Positions 39,607 through 48,936 of a stretch of 57,709 nt of DNA are shown here, one piece after another. Origin of the DNA: an uncultured delta proteobacterium. Its GTDB lineage: Bacteria > Desulfobacterota > Syntrophorhabdia > Syntrophorhabdales > Syntrophorhabdaceae. The notes beneath the pieces are model-generated. The model saw nothing but the letters and a program-made list of their open reading frames with translations. It ran no database searches and was not told where the DNA came from. Position 1 is the first letter of the stretch. Every line of letters begins with the position of its first letter. The stretch spans positions 1 through 57,709 of the forward strand of contig CAVWHH010000026.1 of the NCBI GenBank assembly GCA_963754785.1, read 5' to 3'. Made by a program: the position numbers and the translations under genes.

Positions 39607-39653
39607 AATGTGGAACTGTGGAAAGCTGTACCACCTTCCCACAGTTCCACATT
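39607..39653. repeat. palindrome P2: perfect 15-bp inverted repeat AATGTGGAACTGTGG-N17-CCACAGTTCCACATT immediately after the recombinase-operon stop
   Basis: Seen directly. No T-tract follows, so it is not a typical intrinsic terminator. Confidence 0.6.
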
Positions 39654-39723
39654 ACGGCGGCGGTACAAAAGATGGTTATACTATATATGATAGAGACGGC
39701 CCTAAAAAAGGCAGAAAATTCTC

Positions 39724-39752
39724 TTGACAGGGATGTACAAAAAAGAGATAAT
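39724..39752 (+). promoter_or_regulatory. near-consensus sigma-70 promoter TTGACA-17-GATAAT with no convincing CDS downstream
   Basis: ttgaca gggatgtacaaaaaaga gataat. Downstream there is only an 82-aa ORF (39827..40075) without an SD. The convergent thioesterase gene ends at 40058. Confidence 0.4.
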
Positions 39753-40057
39753 GGAAAATGGTATGTAACTAACTGATATAACAAGAAAAAACAGGATTTG
39801 TTACGTATAGCACCTACAAGTCTTGCATGGAGGTAATCGCCTCAATGAACCATTACTGGATGAAATATGTACAGAAGGAAGTACGGGCCTTTCGGCACCA
39901 ATCCCAAACTGTTCATTCAGCGACAGACGCACCTGCCCTTCGGCATTATCGCACATTGTATCCACTTATTGTCGCTTCCGGTGTCTTAAGCAAATCTGCG
40001 GCCTCAAAACTGGATGGCCATAAAATGTGGGATGCTTTCACTTTGTATAATTTGCTA

Positions 40058-40522
40058 TCAGGACAACAGATATGAACCGGTACCAACGGCAATGAGATCA
40101 TTTTGATCGTTATGTAGTTCAATTCTTGTAAAAACAACTTTATTTCCTGTTCTCAAAATAGAGGCAGTGACAACAAACCGCTTACCAAGACCTGGACGTA
40201 AATAATCAACATGCAAATCAATAGTGCTCATCCTGAAAGCCTTCTTCAGTTTTGCTTCTAAGGTCTCATCATGCATCTTCTTTTGAATACTCATAGCCGC
40301 TGCCAGGCCAGCTGTAGCATCAATGACAGATGAAATAACCCCTCCATGCAACATTCCCCGTTGGTAGTTTCCCATCAATTCATCCCGCATTTCAAATAGG
40401 GTCTTCACGCAGTCAGAATGTATCGATTCAACTTTAAGGCCCAGTACTTTATTAAATGGGAGGTTCTCGAACACTTCATTGATGGCAGAAACAAATTCTT
40501 CATCGCTTGCGAGACTATTCAT
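40058..40522 (-). CDS. PaaI/YbgC-type hotdog-fold acyl-CoA thioesterase
   Basis: MLHGGVISSVIDATAGLAAAM carries the HGG motif of the thioesterase superfamily. AT-richer than its neighbours. Confidence 0.75.
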   Translation of the reverse strand: MNSLASDEEFVSAINEVFENLPFNKVLGLKVESIHSDCVKTLFEMRDELMGNYQRGMLHGGVISSVIDATAGLAAAMSIQKKMHDETLEAKLKKAFRMSTIDLHVDYLRPGLGKRFVVTASILRTGNKVVFTRIELHNDQNDLIAVGTGSYLLS

Positions 40523-41277
40523 ATATCTCTCCTTTGTAAGCAGTTAACTATTTTATAACAAAATTTCTGCCCTTCGATTATATCGTCAGCACGGAGGGCT
40601 GTCAATGTTCATAGGGATCTCTATATTTTCTTTTTTTGCAGATAAAAACATACATTCACATTCCATTGTTCATCAACAGCTGTAAGCTTGTGCGGAAGTA
40701 TAAACCTTGAGATCCTCGATTAAGGAAGCAACAGAATTTACTGCAACAAATCCGCTACCCAGTCTTGTCGAAAATGCTGTCAAGGAAGACATTCTAAACA
40801 GGCTGGTTGAGCCAGCTTATCTTCCATGAAGTGACGGCCTCGGTGCTATCGCTGAAAATATCCTTCCAATATAATAAGGCAGGCGCCATGACGACAAGCG
40901 GTAGATCATCAACTCCATCGCCTGGGCGGCTGTCAGCTCTTTTGCCGCATATCTTCCCAGTATCATTCTCACCTGTTCATCGGCCAGCCTTCTGTGCACC
41001 TGCTCGCTCATCATATCCTCCTGTCATGACTATTTCACATTGAGGCATTCTATCACAGAGTGCGGTTTTGAATTTTAAATCTTCCCAAAACAGTGTGGTT
41101 TTGATTCTTAACTGACAATAAGAAAAAATTTGTTGACAACGCTGCGTATTTTACCATAGCATGTGAAGAGCTTGGCGCAAATGGGAAAGGTCGTTTCCGC
41201 ATAAAAGCGATTCACGAATGCGCAGAGGCCCGCAGGACCGAGAGTAGTCATCGCAAAGAACGCTCCAAGAGGTATGT

Positions 41278-42282
41278 ATGCCGGAAGAGAGGGATGAGCG
41301 GGCGAGAGACCCGTGGGAAGAGGATCCCTGGGAAAGGGAGTACCCGTATCAGTACTTCGAGTACGAAGTAAATAAAAGGGAGAAGATAGCCACCGTGACC
41401 CTCACTAATCCTGCTGCGGGGGACAGTGCGCCGTTCTGGACTCCCTATCAGGGAATCAAAGCCATAAACAGATGGGAGAGGGATGATGACGTCAAGGTGG
41501 TCATAATAAAGGGGGGCGGCAAGAATTTCTGCACCGGCCACGACCTCAACAGCTACCTTAAAGAGCATGGGGCGCGCAGCGGGTCCCGGGCGGTCGTGAA
41601 AGAAAGCAAGCACCGGCGGCCCAACCGATGGAACATATTGCTCCAGCGCGACAACTGGCTTTTCGGAATGCGCCTTCTGTGTTCGCTCAAGCCGACGATA
41701 ATGCAGGTCCACGGTCTCTGCCTGGAGTACGGGCATCTCATGCAACTCCACGGGGATATGACGATAGCGGGTGACGACGCCCACTTCGGACACCTCGGCC
41801 AAGTGATGGGCATAAGCGGGATAGGACCTTTCAAAGCAATCAGCAACCTTATAGGGTACAAGCGGTACCGGGAAATGATGACCTGCGGCAGGACTGTCAG
41901 CGCCCGGGAAGCGGCCGAGATGGGATTGATAAACAGGGTAGTTCCGAGGGAAAGGCTGAACGAGGAGGCCTGGAACGAAGCGAGAAGGATAGCGATGGTC
42001 CCTCTGGACGGTCTCGTGAGCGGCAAGGCCTTCGCTCATATGGCCCTGGAAGAGATGGGAGTACCGGCCGACGAGCTCCGCGCGGGGTACATGTGGGCCG
42101 GTTTTGCTCTTTCCATCGTTCATCAACCGGGTGAATTCAGTTTTCTGGACGTCGTCAGAGAGGAAGGCCTCAAACAGGCAATGCGGCGCCGGAAAGAACT
42201 GTATGCCCCTCTTGGCGGGTTCGGCCTCGAGGCGGAGCGGGACAGGGTGGAGCCGAGCGAGGAGAAAAATGATCGTGAATAG
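41278..42282 (+). CDS. enoyl-CoA hydratase/isomerase (crotonase-fold) family protein
   Basis: VVIIKGGGKNFCTGHDL and MQVHGLCLEYGHLMQLHGDMTIAGDDAHFG are crotonase signatures. Confidence 0.8.
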   Translation: MPEERDERARDPWEEDPWEREYPYQYFEYEVNKREKIATVTLTNPAAGDSAPFWTPYQGIKAINRWERDDDVKVVIIKGGGKNFCTGHDLNSYLKEHGARSGSRAVVKESKHRRPNRWNILLQRDNWLFGMRLLCSLKPTIMQVHGLCLEYGHLMQLHGDMTIAGDDAHFGHLGQVMGISGIGPFKAISNLIGYKRYREMMTCGRTVSAREAAEMGLINRVVPRERLNEEAWNEARRIAMVPLDGLVSGKAFAHMALEEMGVPADELRAGYMWAGFALSIVHQPGEFSFLDVVREEGLKQAMRRRKELYAPLGGFGLEAERDRVEPSEEKNDRE

Positions 42283-42308
42283 CGGCTTGCCGCGCCGTCG
42301 GTGACGTC

Positions 42309-43538
42309 GTGAGCGGAGGAGGAATGCGCAGACTACCCCTCGACGGGGTCCGGGTCGCCGATTTCAGCCGGGTCCTCTCCGGTCCCGTCGTTACCATGAT
42401 TCTCGGCCAGTTGGGCGCTGAGGTCATTCGGGTCGAGTCCCGGGCGGCGATGGACTCCTCAAGAAACATGATACCTTTTGCAGACGGCATACCGGGCGTG
42501 AACAGGAGCTCGGCATTCAACCAGCGTAATATGAGCAAGAAGTCCTGCTCTCTCAATCTCAAAACTTCACGGGGCCGTGACATCGCGCAAAAGCTGGTGG
42601 CCATAAGCGACGTTGTGGTCGAAAACCTCGCCCCGGGGGTGATAGAAAGACTCGGCCTCGGCTATTCCGAGTTGACAAGGGCTAGGGCGAACATCATCAT
42701 GCTCTCCATATCAGGCCTCGGCCAGACAGGCCCGTTACGGAACATAGCCGCCTATGGGAACTGCGTTCAGGCTTATTCGCTCATTACCCGACTTACCGGC
42801 TACGCAGACGACGTTCCCAAGGGGGTTGGCGCGAGCTGGGCTGACCCTATGGCCGGACTCCACGGCGCTGTGGCCGTCCTGATCGCCCTGTATTACAGGC
42901 ACAGGACAGGGAAAGGCCAATATATCGAGGTGGCGATGGACGAAGCGATGCTCGCCCAGTTGCCCCATCCGATGATGGATTACTTCGCGAACCAGCGCAC
43001 GACCGGCTGCAAGGGCAATCGTGACGACGTTATGGCGCCCCACAACGTCTACCGCTGCAAGGGTGACGACAAGTGGGTGGCAATAGCGGTGCGCACCGAG
43101 GAGGAGAGGAAGGCTCTCTTTACCGCCATGGGAAACCCCGACTGGACGAAAGAGGAGAGGTTCTCCGATCGCTACGGCTGCTGGCAGCACCAGGAGGAAC
43201 TCGATGAACTTGTGACTTCGTGGACGAGGAGCCACACGGAATATGAAATTATGGCCATGCTGCAGCGGGCGGGAGTGCCGAGCGGGGTCTGCCTGCAGAA
43301 CCAGCCCCTCGTAGAGGACCCTCAGCTCGCCCATCGGGGCTTCTTCGTCGCCGTGGACCATCCCGAAGCCGGGACCAGACTGGGGACAGGTCTCCCATGG
43401 AAGATGAGCGGGGTGCCTTCGCCCGAGGTCAGCAGGGCGCCCCTCTTTGGAGAACACAATGACTATGTGTTTCACGAACTCTTGGGTATTTCGGAAAAGG
43501 AGATTGCCGACCTCGAGAAAGAGAGGGTCATTTACTGA
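42309..43538 (+). CDS. family III CoA-transferase (CaiB/BaiF family) paralog 1
   Basis: LDGVRVADFSRVLSGPVVTMILGQLGAEVIRVE is the N-terminal signature. 409 aa. Confidence 0.85.
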   Translation: MSGGGMRRLPLDGVRVADFSRVLSGPVVTMILGQLGAEVIRVESRAAMDSSRNMIPFADGIPGVNRSSAFNQRNMSKKSCSLNLKTSRGRDIAQKLVAISDVVVENLAPGVIERLGLGYSELTRARANIIMLSISGLGQTGPLRNIAAYGNCVQAYSLITRLTGYADDVPKGVGASWADPMAGLHGAVAVLIALYYRHRTGKGQYIEVAMDEAMLAQLPHPMMDYFANQRTTGCKGNRDDVMAPHNVYRCKGDDKWVAIAVRTEEERKALFTAMGNPDWTKEERFSDRYGCWQHQEELDELVTSWTRSHTEYEIMAMLQRAGVPSGVCLQNQPLVEDPQLAHRGFFVAVDHPEAGTRLGTGLPWKMSGVPSPEVSRAPLFGEHNDYVFHELLGISEKEIADLEKERVIY

Positions 43539-44763
43539 TGGGCGGTGACGGGGGCCAGGCGGCGTTGAGCGGGTTGAGGGTGGTGGAGTATGGGTCCGGC
43601 ATCGCGGGTGCGTATTGCACGAAGCTCCTCGCCGATATGGGGGCAGAGGTCATCAAAGTGGAAAAGCCGGGAATCGGGGACCCCACACGCTGTATGGAAC
43701 CTTTTCTCGGGAGCGGCTCCCATGCGGTGAGTCTACCATTTCTTTACCTGAACACCAACAAGCAGGGCATCACTCTGGAATTAGCCGATCCTTGGGGCCT
43801 CAAGGCTTTCAAGGCTCTCCTCGGCGAATCTGATGTGCTCGTCGAAAGCACCGAGCCGGGGACCATGGAGAGGCTGGCCATTCCGTACGAGGTCGCCAGG
43901 GAAATCAACGGGACGCTCATCATGGTCTCGATTTCACCTTTTGGCCAGGATGGTCCTTATCGCCATTTCAAAGCCACCGATCTCGTTATCTTCGCGATGA
44001 GCGGCCTCGCCTGCTTCTCCCCGGCCGGAGGCGTGACCGAGCCGGATAAGGAATATCCCCTCAGGGCGCCGGGGCTGCAGAGCGACTTCGCGTCGGGGGC
44101 CACGGCCGCCGTTGCGGCCATGAGTGGAGTAATTCAGCGGACAAGCGATGGAGAGGGTCAGCATATCGATATTTCCGAACAGCAGGCAGTCTGCGCAGCC
44201 GGGAGCGCGACCCTCAGCCCTTTCCTCTATACGCTGGAGCCCCGGACGAGAGGACGATTCGGGGCCCTGGGAACCGTGATGATCCTCCCCACGACAGATG
44301 GCTACGTGTGCATCGAGACGCTCACCGAGGAGGAGTGGGAGGGCCTGGTAGAGGCCATGGGCGGCCCGATTGGGCGGCCGGGGAGTTGTTCAAGGAACGG
44401 GCTGTCAGGGCGGCAAACTGGGATGCGATAGAGCCGCTCGTCACGGAGTGGACGTCGCGCCATGGCAAATGGGAATTATCGCTGAGGCTCCAAGAAAGGG
44501 GGGTTAAGGCGTTACCGGTCAATACAGCCGAGGATCTCGCTCGTTCCGAGCAGCTTCAGTCGCGTCAGTTTTTCGTCGAGCTCGATTATCCGGACGCCGG
44601 AGCCGTGAGATTTCCCGGTGCGCCGTACAGATTTTCGCTTACGCCCTGGCGGGTCGTCCGGCTGGCGCCTCGGCTCGGAGAGCACAATGACGAGATTTTC
44701 ACGGGGCATCTCGGCTACACGAAGGATGAGCTTTCGAAACTGAGGGGCCTGGGAGTAATCTAA
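43538..44763 (+). pseudogene. family III CoA-transferase paralog 2, frameshifted (43538..44431 and 44308..44763 in different frames)
   Basis: The N-part is LSGLRVVEYGSGIAGAYCTKLLADMGAEVIKVE. The C-part is ...VKALPVNTAEDLARSEQLQSRQFFVELDYPDAGAVRFPGAPYRFS. The frame changes within about 44310-44430. Confidence 0.6.
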
Positions 44764-44774
44764 GGAGTCCTGCA

Positions 44775-46049
44775 ATGGAAGCACGAAAGGCACTCGACGA
44801 CATCAGGGTCCTAGACCTGTCTAACCCGCTTGGCGTTTACTGCGGCAAGCTTCTTGCCGACCTTGGCGCGGACGTGATAAAAGTAGAGCCTCCGGGCGGG
44901 GACAAGATGCGGCAAATAGGACCGTTTTACCATGACGAGCCGCATCCCGAGAAGAGCCTCTATTGGTTCTATTTCAACACGAACAAGAAGAGCATCACGC
45001 TCAACCTCGAGTCGGCGAAGGGCCAAAGCATTTTCAAAGACCTGGTACGAAAATCGGACGTGGTTCTCACGACTTTTGCTCCTTCCTCGTGCGTCGAGCG
45101 GGGAGTCGGGTACGAAGCTCTCAGGGCCGTGAATAAACGGGTTATCGTTGTATCCGTGACGCCCTTCGGACTGACGGGTCCCTATGCCGATTTCAAGGGA
45201 TCGAACATTATCGGCATGGCGATGGGTGGGTTCCTGAACCTTTTCGGCTTTCCTGACAGTCCCCCCGTGTGCATTGCCGGCGAACAGGCCTACAACCTGG
45301 CATCGGCCAACGCAGCCGTCGGCGCCCTTATTGCCCTCTACTGGCGGGACGTCAATGGAGAAGGGCAGCAGGTCGACGTGTCAATGGAAGACGCAGTTCT
45401 GAAAATCGTTTTTCTCGCGGTGAGCAGCTATAAGGCAAGCGGGAAGATCCTTAAAAGGAGCGGTCTCGAGCTGTATCGGGGCATCAAAGACACGTTCGCC
45501 TGCAAGGATGGCTACGTCCTGTGCGCGCCCCTGGGCGGCGGTGGGGCCGACGTGATGCTCGACTGGATGGAGAAAGAAGGCAAGGCCGCCGACCTGAGGG
45601 ATGACAAGTACGCCGACGTGATTGCCGCGATTGGCAGCAGGCGCCTGCAGAAAGACCGTAGGTTTTCCGTCGATCCTCACGTGCTGACGGAGCGCGGCGT
45701 GGAGAACGCGCACGTGCATGAGGTATGGGAAACGTGGCTCAAGACCCACACGAAGGAGGAGCTGTTTAAGGGCGCTCAGGAAAGAGGTGTGGGCCTGATG
45801 CCTGTCTACGATGCGGCAGACATCGCCGAGGAGCCTCAACTGAGCCAAAGGAGCTTCTTCGTCGACGTGGCGCATCCCGAAATGGGGAAGCTGAGGTGCC
45901 CGGGCGCCCCTTATCGGCTGAGCCGCACTCCGTGGGCGATCCATCGTCGGCCGCCGATCATCGGAGAGCACAACACCGACATATATGAGAAAGAGCTTGG
46001 GATGACGGCCGGACAGATAGGGGCGCTCAGAAAAGAGGGAGTGATATGA
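44775..46049 (+). CDS. family III CoA-transferase paralog 3
   Basis: LDDIRVLDLSNPLGVYCGKLLADLGADVIKVE. 424 aa. Confidence 0.85.
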   Translation: MEARKALDDIRVLDLSNPLGVYCGKLLADLGADVIKVEPPGGDKMRQIGPFYHDEPHPEKSLYWFYFNTNKKSITLNLESAKGQSIFKDLVRKSDVVLTTFAPSSCVERGVGYEALRAVNKRVIVVSVTPFGLTGPYADFKGSNIIGMAMGGFLNLFGFPDSPPVCIAGEQAYNLASANAAVGALIALYWRDVNGEGQQVDVSMEDAVLKIVFLAVSSYKASGKILKRSGLELYRGIKDTFACKDGYVLCAPLGGGGADVMLDWMEKEGKAADLRDDKYADVIAAIGSRRLQKDRRFSVDPHVLTERGVENAHVHEVWETWLKTHTKEELFKGAQERGVGLMPVYDAADIAEEPQLSQRSFFVDVAHPEMGKLRCPGAPYRLSRTPWAIHRRPPIIGEHNTDIYEKELGMTAGQIGALRKEGVI

Positions 46050-47266
46050 CCGCTTCGCCCGGATTACCTCTGGAGGGATTGAGGGTATTAGACTTCTGCT
46101 GGGCAATGGCAGGTCCCATTGCCACCAGGCTCTTAGCCAACTTCGGTGCCGAAGTGCTGAAGGTGGAATCGATGAGAAGGCCCGACGGCGGTCGGCTCAT
46201 GCCGCCTATGGTGAAAGGCGGCGGGCTCAGCGCGCAATTCCTGGATGCGAACAGCGATAAGCTGGGCATAAGCCTGAATATGAATCATCCCAAAGGTCGG
46301 GAGCTTGCGAAGAGACTGGTTCGACTGTGCGACGTAGTGGCGAACAATCTGAGGCCCGGAACGTTGGATAAGTGGGGGCTCGGTTACGAAGAGTTGGTGC
46401 GAATAAGGCCGGACATCATCATGCTGGAAATGCCCGCGATGGGCAAGACCGGACCGCGCGCCCGTTACGGCGGCTACGGACCCGGGCTCCAGGCAATGGC
46501 CGGATTCAATCACTTGACCGGCCTGCCCGGCCAGCCTCCTCTTTCGTCAACGATCGCCCTTCCGGACTGGGGCCCGAATCCCCTCCATGCGGTGACGGCC
46601 GTGATGGCCGCCCTCCATTACCGGAACCGAACGGGGCAAGGGCAGCATATAGAAGTGGCCCAATACGAGAGCACGGTCTGTTTCCTGGGGCTCCCGCTTC
46701 TCGATTATGCGGCGAATGGCAGAGTGGGGAGCCGAAACGGCAACCGCTCGCCGGACGCCGCCCCCCATGGGGTATTCCGGTGCGCAGGAGATGACAGATG
46801 GTGTGCCATCGCAATTTCGACCGATGAGGAATGGCGGCGTTTTTGCGATGCGATCGGCAAGCCGGCCCTGGCGGCTGATCCGAGATTCGCGAGCCTGGAA
46901 GGAAGGAAGGAACGCGAGGAGGAGTTGGAGCGGCTCGTCGAGGAATGGACCGAAGCCAGGCCGCCGGAAGATGTCATGAGGCTGCTGCAGGGGGCGGGGG
47001 TAGCCGCCGGGATTGTCCAGAACGCGCAAGATCTGGCAGACCGGGATCCCCAGGTACAATTTCGGGAATGCTATTCGACGCTCACGCACCCAGAGGCGGG
47101 CGACGTCGTCTGCGAGCAGGTCACGATAAAGCTGTCGGCGAGCCCGGGGAGGGCCCGGGTGCCCGGGCCGGGGCTCGGCCAACACAACGAATACGTTTTC
47201 AGGGAATTTCTCGGTCTTGACGAGGAGGAGATGAATCGGTGCCATGTAGACGGGGTTTTCGATTAG
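46046..47266 (+). CDS. family III CoA-transferase paralog 4 (overlaps paralog 3 by 4 nt)
   Basis: LEGLRVLDFCWAMAGPIATRLLANFGAEVLKVE. 406 aa. Confidence 0.85.
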   Translation: MTASPGLPLEGLRVLDFCWAMAGPIATRLLANFGAEVLKVESMRRPDGGRLMPPMVKGGGLSAQFLDANSDKLGISLNMNHPKGRELAKRLVRLCDVVANNLRPGTLDKWGLGYEELVRIRPDIIMLEMPAMGKTGPRARYGGYGPGLQAMAGFNHLTGLPGQPPLSSTIALPDWGPNPLHAVTAVMAALHYRNRTGQGQHIEVAQYESTVCFLGLPLLDYAANGRVGSRNGNRSPDAAPHGVFRCAGDDRWCAIAISTDEEWRRFCDAIGKPALAADPRFASLEGRKEREEELERLVEEWTEARPPEDVMRLLQGAGVAAGIVQNAQDLADRDPQVQFRECYSTLTHPEAGDVVCEQVTIKLSASPGRARVPGPGLGQHNEYVFREFLGLDEEEMNRCHVDGVFD

Positions 47267-47296
47267 GCTTTTTTTAAGAACTGCCGGGAGGGCGAG

Positions 47297-48889
47297 ATGA
47301 AAAACGTTTATTTCTTTATCGGGCTGGTCTGTATCGTTGGGCTGTCGGTGCTTTTCTCTTCCGGGGCTTTCACCGCAGCGGAGGTAGCGGCAAAGAGCGA
47401 GACGGCTGCCGAACAGCCTCATCGCGGCGGCATACTGACGATAAGCGAGTTCCCTGCGACGGAGGCTATCGGCTTTCCGCCGAAGAGCAGGGGAGGAGCC
47501 AGGGCCATGAGGCAGGGCGCCCCGGCCATCGAGACGCTCCTTCGACTCGACAAGAGGGGGAAGCCTATCCCGTGGCTCGCCACCGGCTTCAAGGAAGATG
47601 CGGCCGCGAAGACGATCACCCTCACGCTTCGCAGGAACGTCAAGTTCCACGACGGCACCGACTTCAACGCCGAGGCGGTCAAATGGAACCTCGACCAATG
47701 CATCGTCGCAAAAACGGCCGGAGCGGAGAAGTTCAAGTCGATAGACGTGGTCGACAACTATACGGTGCGGATCAACCTTACCGAGTGGGACAGCACGCTG
47801 ACGCCGAACCTTGCGGCTCAGATGCCGGGTCAGATCATATCGCCGACCGCGTATAAAAAGAACGGGGAGGAATGGAGCGCAAACAACCCCGTCGGCACCG
47901 GTCCATTCCAGATAGTCAAGTGGAGGAAGGACGTCGACCTGACGTACAAAAGATTCGACGGTTACTGGCAGAAAGGGAAGCCTTATCTCGACGGGCTGAA
48001 GTTCGTGTACGTCATCGATCCCGTCTCGCGCGTCTTGAGCTTTAAAGCGGGAGAAGCCGACATACTGCTCCAGATAGATCCGAAGGACGTCGCGGACCTC
48101 GAGAAAGGGGGCTACGTCGTCAAGGCGAATCAGGTAGGCTCCGGCGCCTTCGGCCTCATCTTCGATTCCGCGGACCCGAAGTCACCTTTCGCGGACGTGC
48201 GGGTGAGGAGGGCAGCCCAGTATGCGGTAGATACGCAAACGATATGCAAAAAAGTCTTCCAAGGTTTCTTCGACCCGACGAACCAGCTCGTGCCCAAAGA
48301 CAATTGGGCTTACAACGCAGGCATCGCCGGCTATCCCTACAATCCGAAGAAAGCGCGGCAACTTCTCGCCGAGGCGGGCTATCCCGGCGGCTTCAAGACA
48401 AAGATGCTCGTCCAAGCCGGCGACCTCGGCGATTCCATGGAACTCTACGTTGCCGTTCAGGGCTACCTGGAAGACGTCGGCATCAACGCCGAGATCGAGG
48501 TCATGCAGGCAGCGAGGAGAGACCAGATCATGTACGAAGGCCACAGTTGGGAGGGAATGGTGAAGAGCACCGTCTCGTCGAACCCCGATCTTGTCGCCCA
48601 CCAGGTGAGAATGTTCGGCGGCATCGGGCGGGCCTTTGTCTCTATGGCAACACCCGAAGATTACTTGAAGGCTATGGACAACGCGGTTGCTGCCCGTGAT
48701 TTCAACGGCAAACAGAAATGGGCGAAAGAGCTGCAGAAGCTCGTGATCGACAAGTACTGTCTCCGCCTCGTGATTGCTTCTTTCAAGCAGATCGACGTGT
48801 CGCGGAAATCGGTCCATAATCATGGCTTCTGCGCCACCCCCACGGCCGCCAACTGGTCGCCCGAAGAGGCGTGGGTCGAAGGAAAGTGA
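47297..48889 (+). CDS. ABC-transporter periplasmic solute-binding protein, family 5 (DppA/OppA-like)
   Basis: Signal peptide and SBP_bac_5-like architecture. 530 aa. Confidence 0.75.
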   Translation: MKNVYFFIGLVCIVGLSVLFSSGAFTAAEVAAKSETAAEQPHRGGILTISEFPATEAIGFPPKSRGGARAMRQGAPAIETLLRLDKRGKPIPWLATGFKEDAAAKTITLTLRRNVKFHDGTDFNAEAVKWNLDQCIVAKTAGAEKFKSIDVVDNYTVRINLTEWDSTLTPNLAAQMPGQIISPTAYKKNGEEWSANNPVGTGPFQIVKWRKDVDLTYKRFDGYWQKGKPYLDGLKFVYVIDPVSRVLSFKAGEADILLQIDPKDVADLEKGGYVVKANQVGSGAFGLIFDSADPKSPFADVRVRRAAQYAVDTQTICKKVFQGFFDPTNQLVPKDNWAYNAGIAGYPYNPKKARQLLAEAGYPGGFKTKMLVQAGDLGDSMELYVAVQGYLEDVGINAEIEVMQAARRDQIMYEGHSWEGMVKSTVSSNPDLVAHQVRMFGGIGRAFVSMATPEDYLKAMDNAVAARDFNGKQKWAKELQKLVIDKYCLRLVIASFKQIDVSRKSVHNHGFCATPTAANWSPEEAWVEGK

Positions 48890-48936
48890 TACCGATCTGT
48901 CTTCGGGTGAGCAAATAAAGGTGTGAGGAGGAAGCG

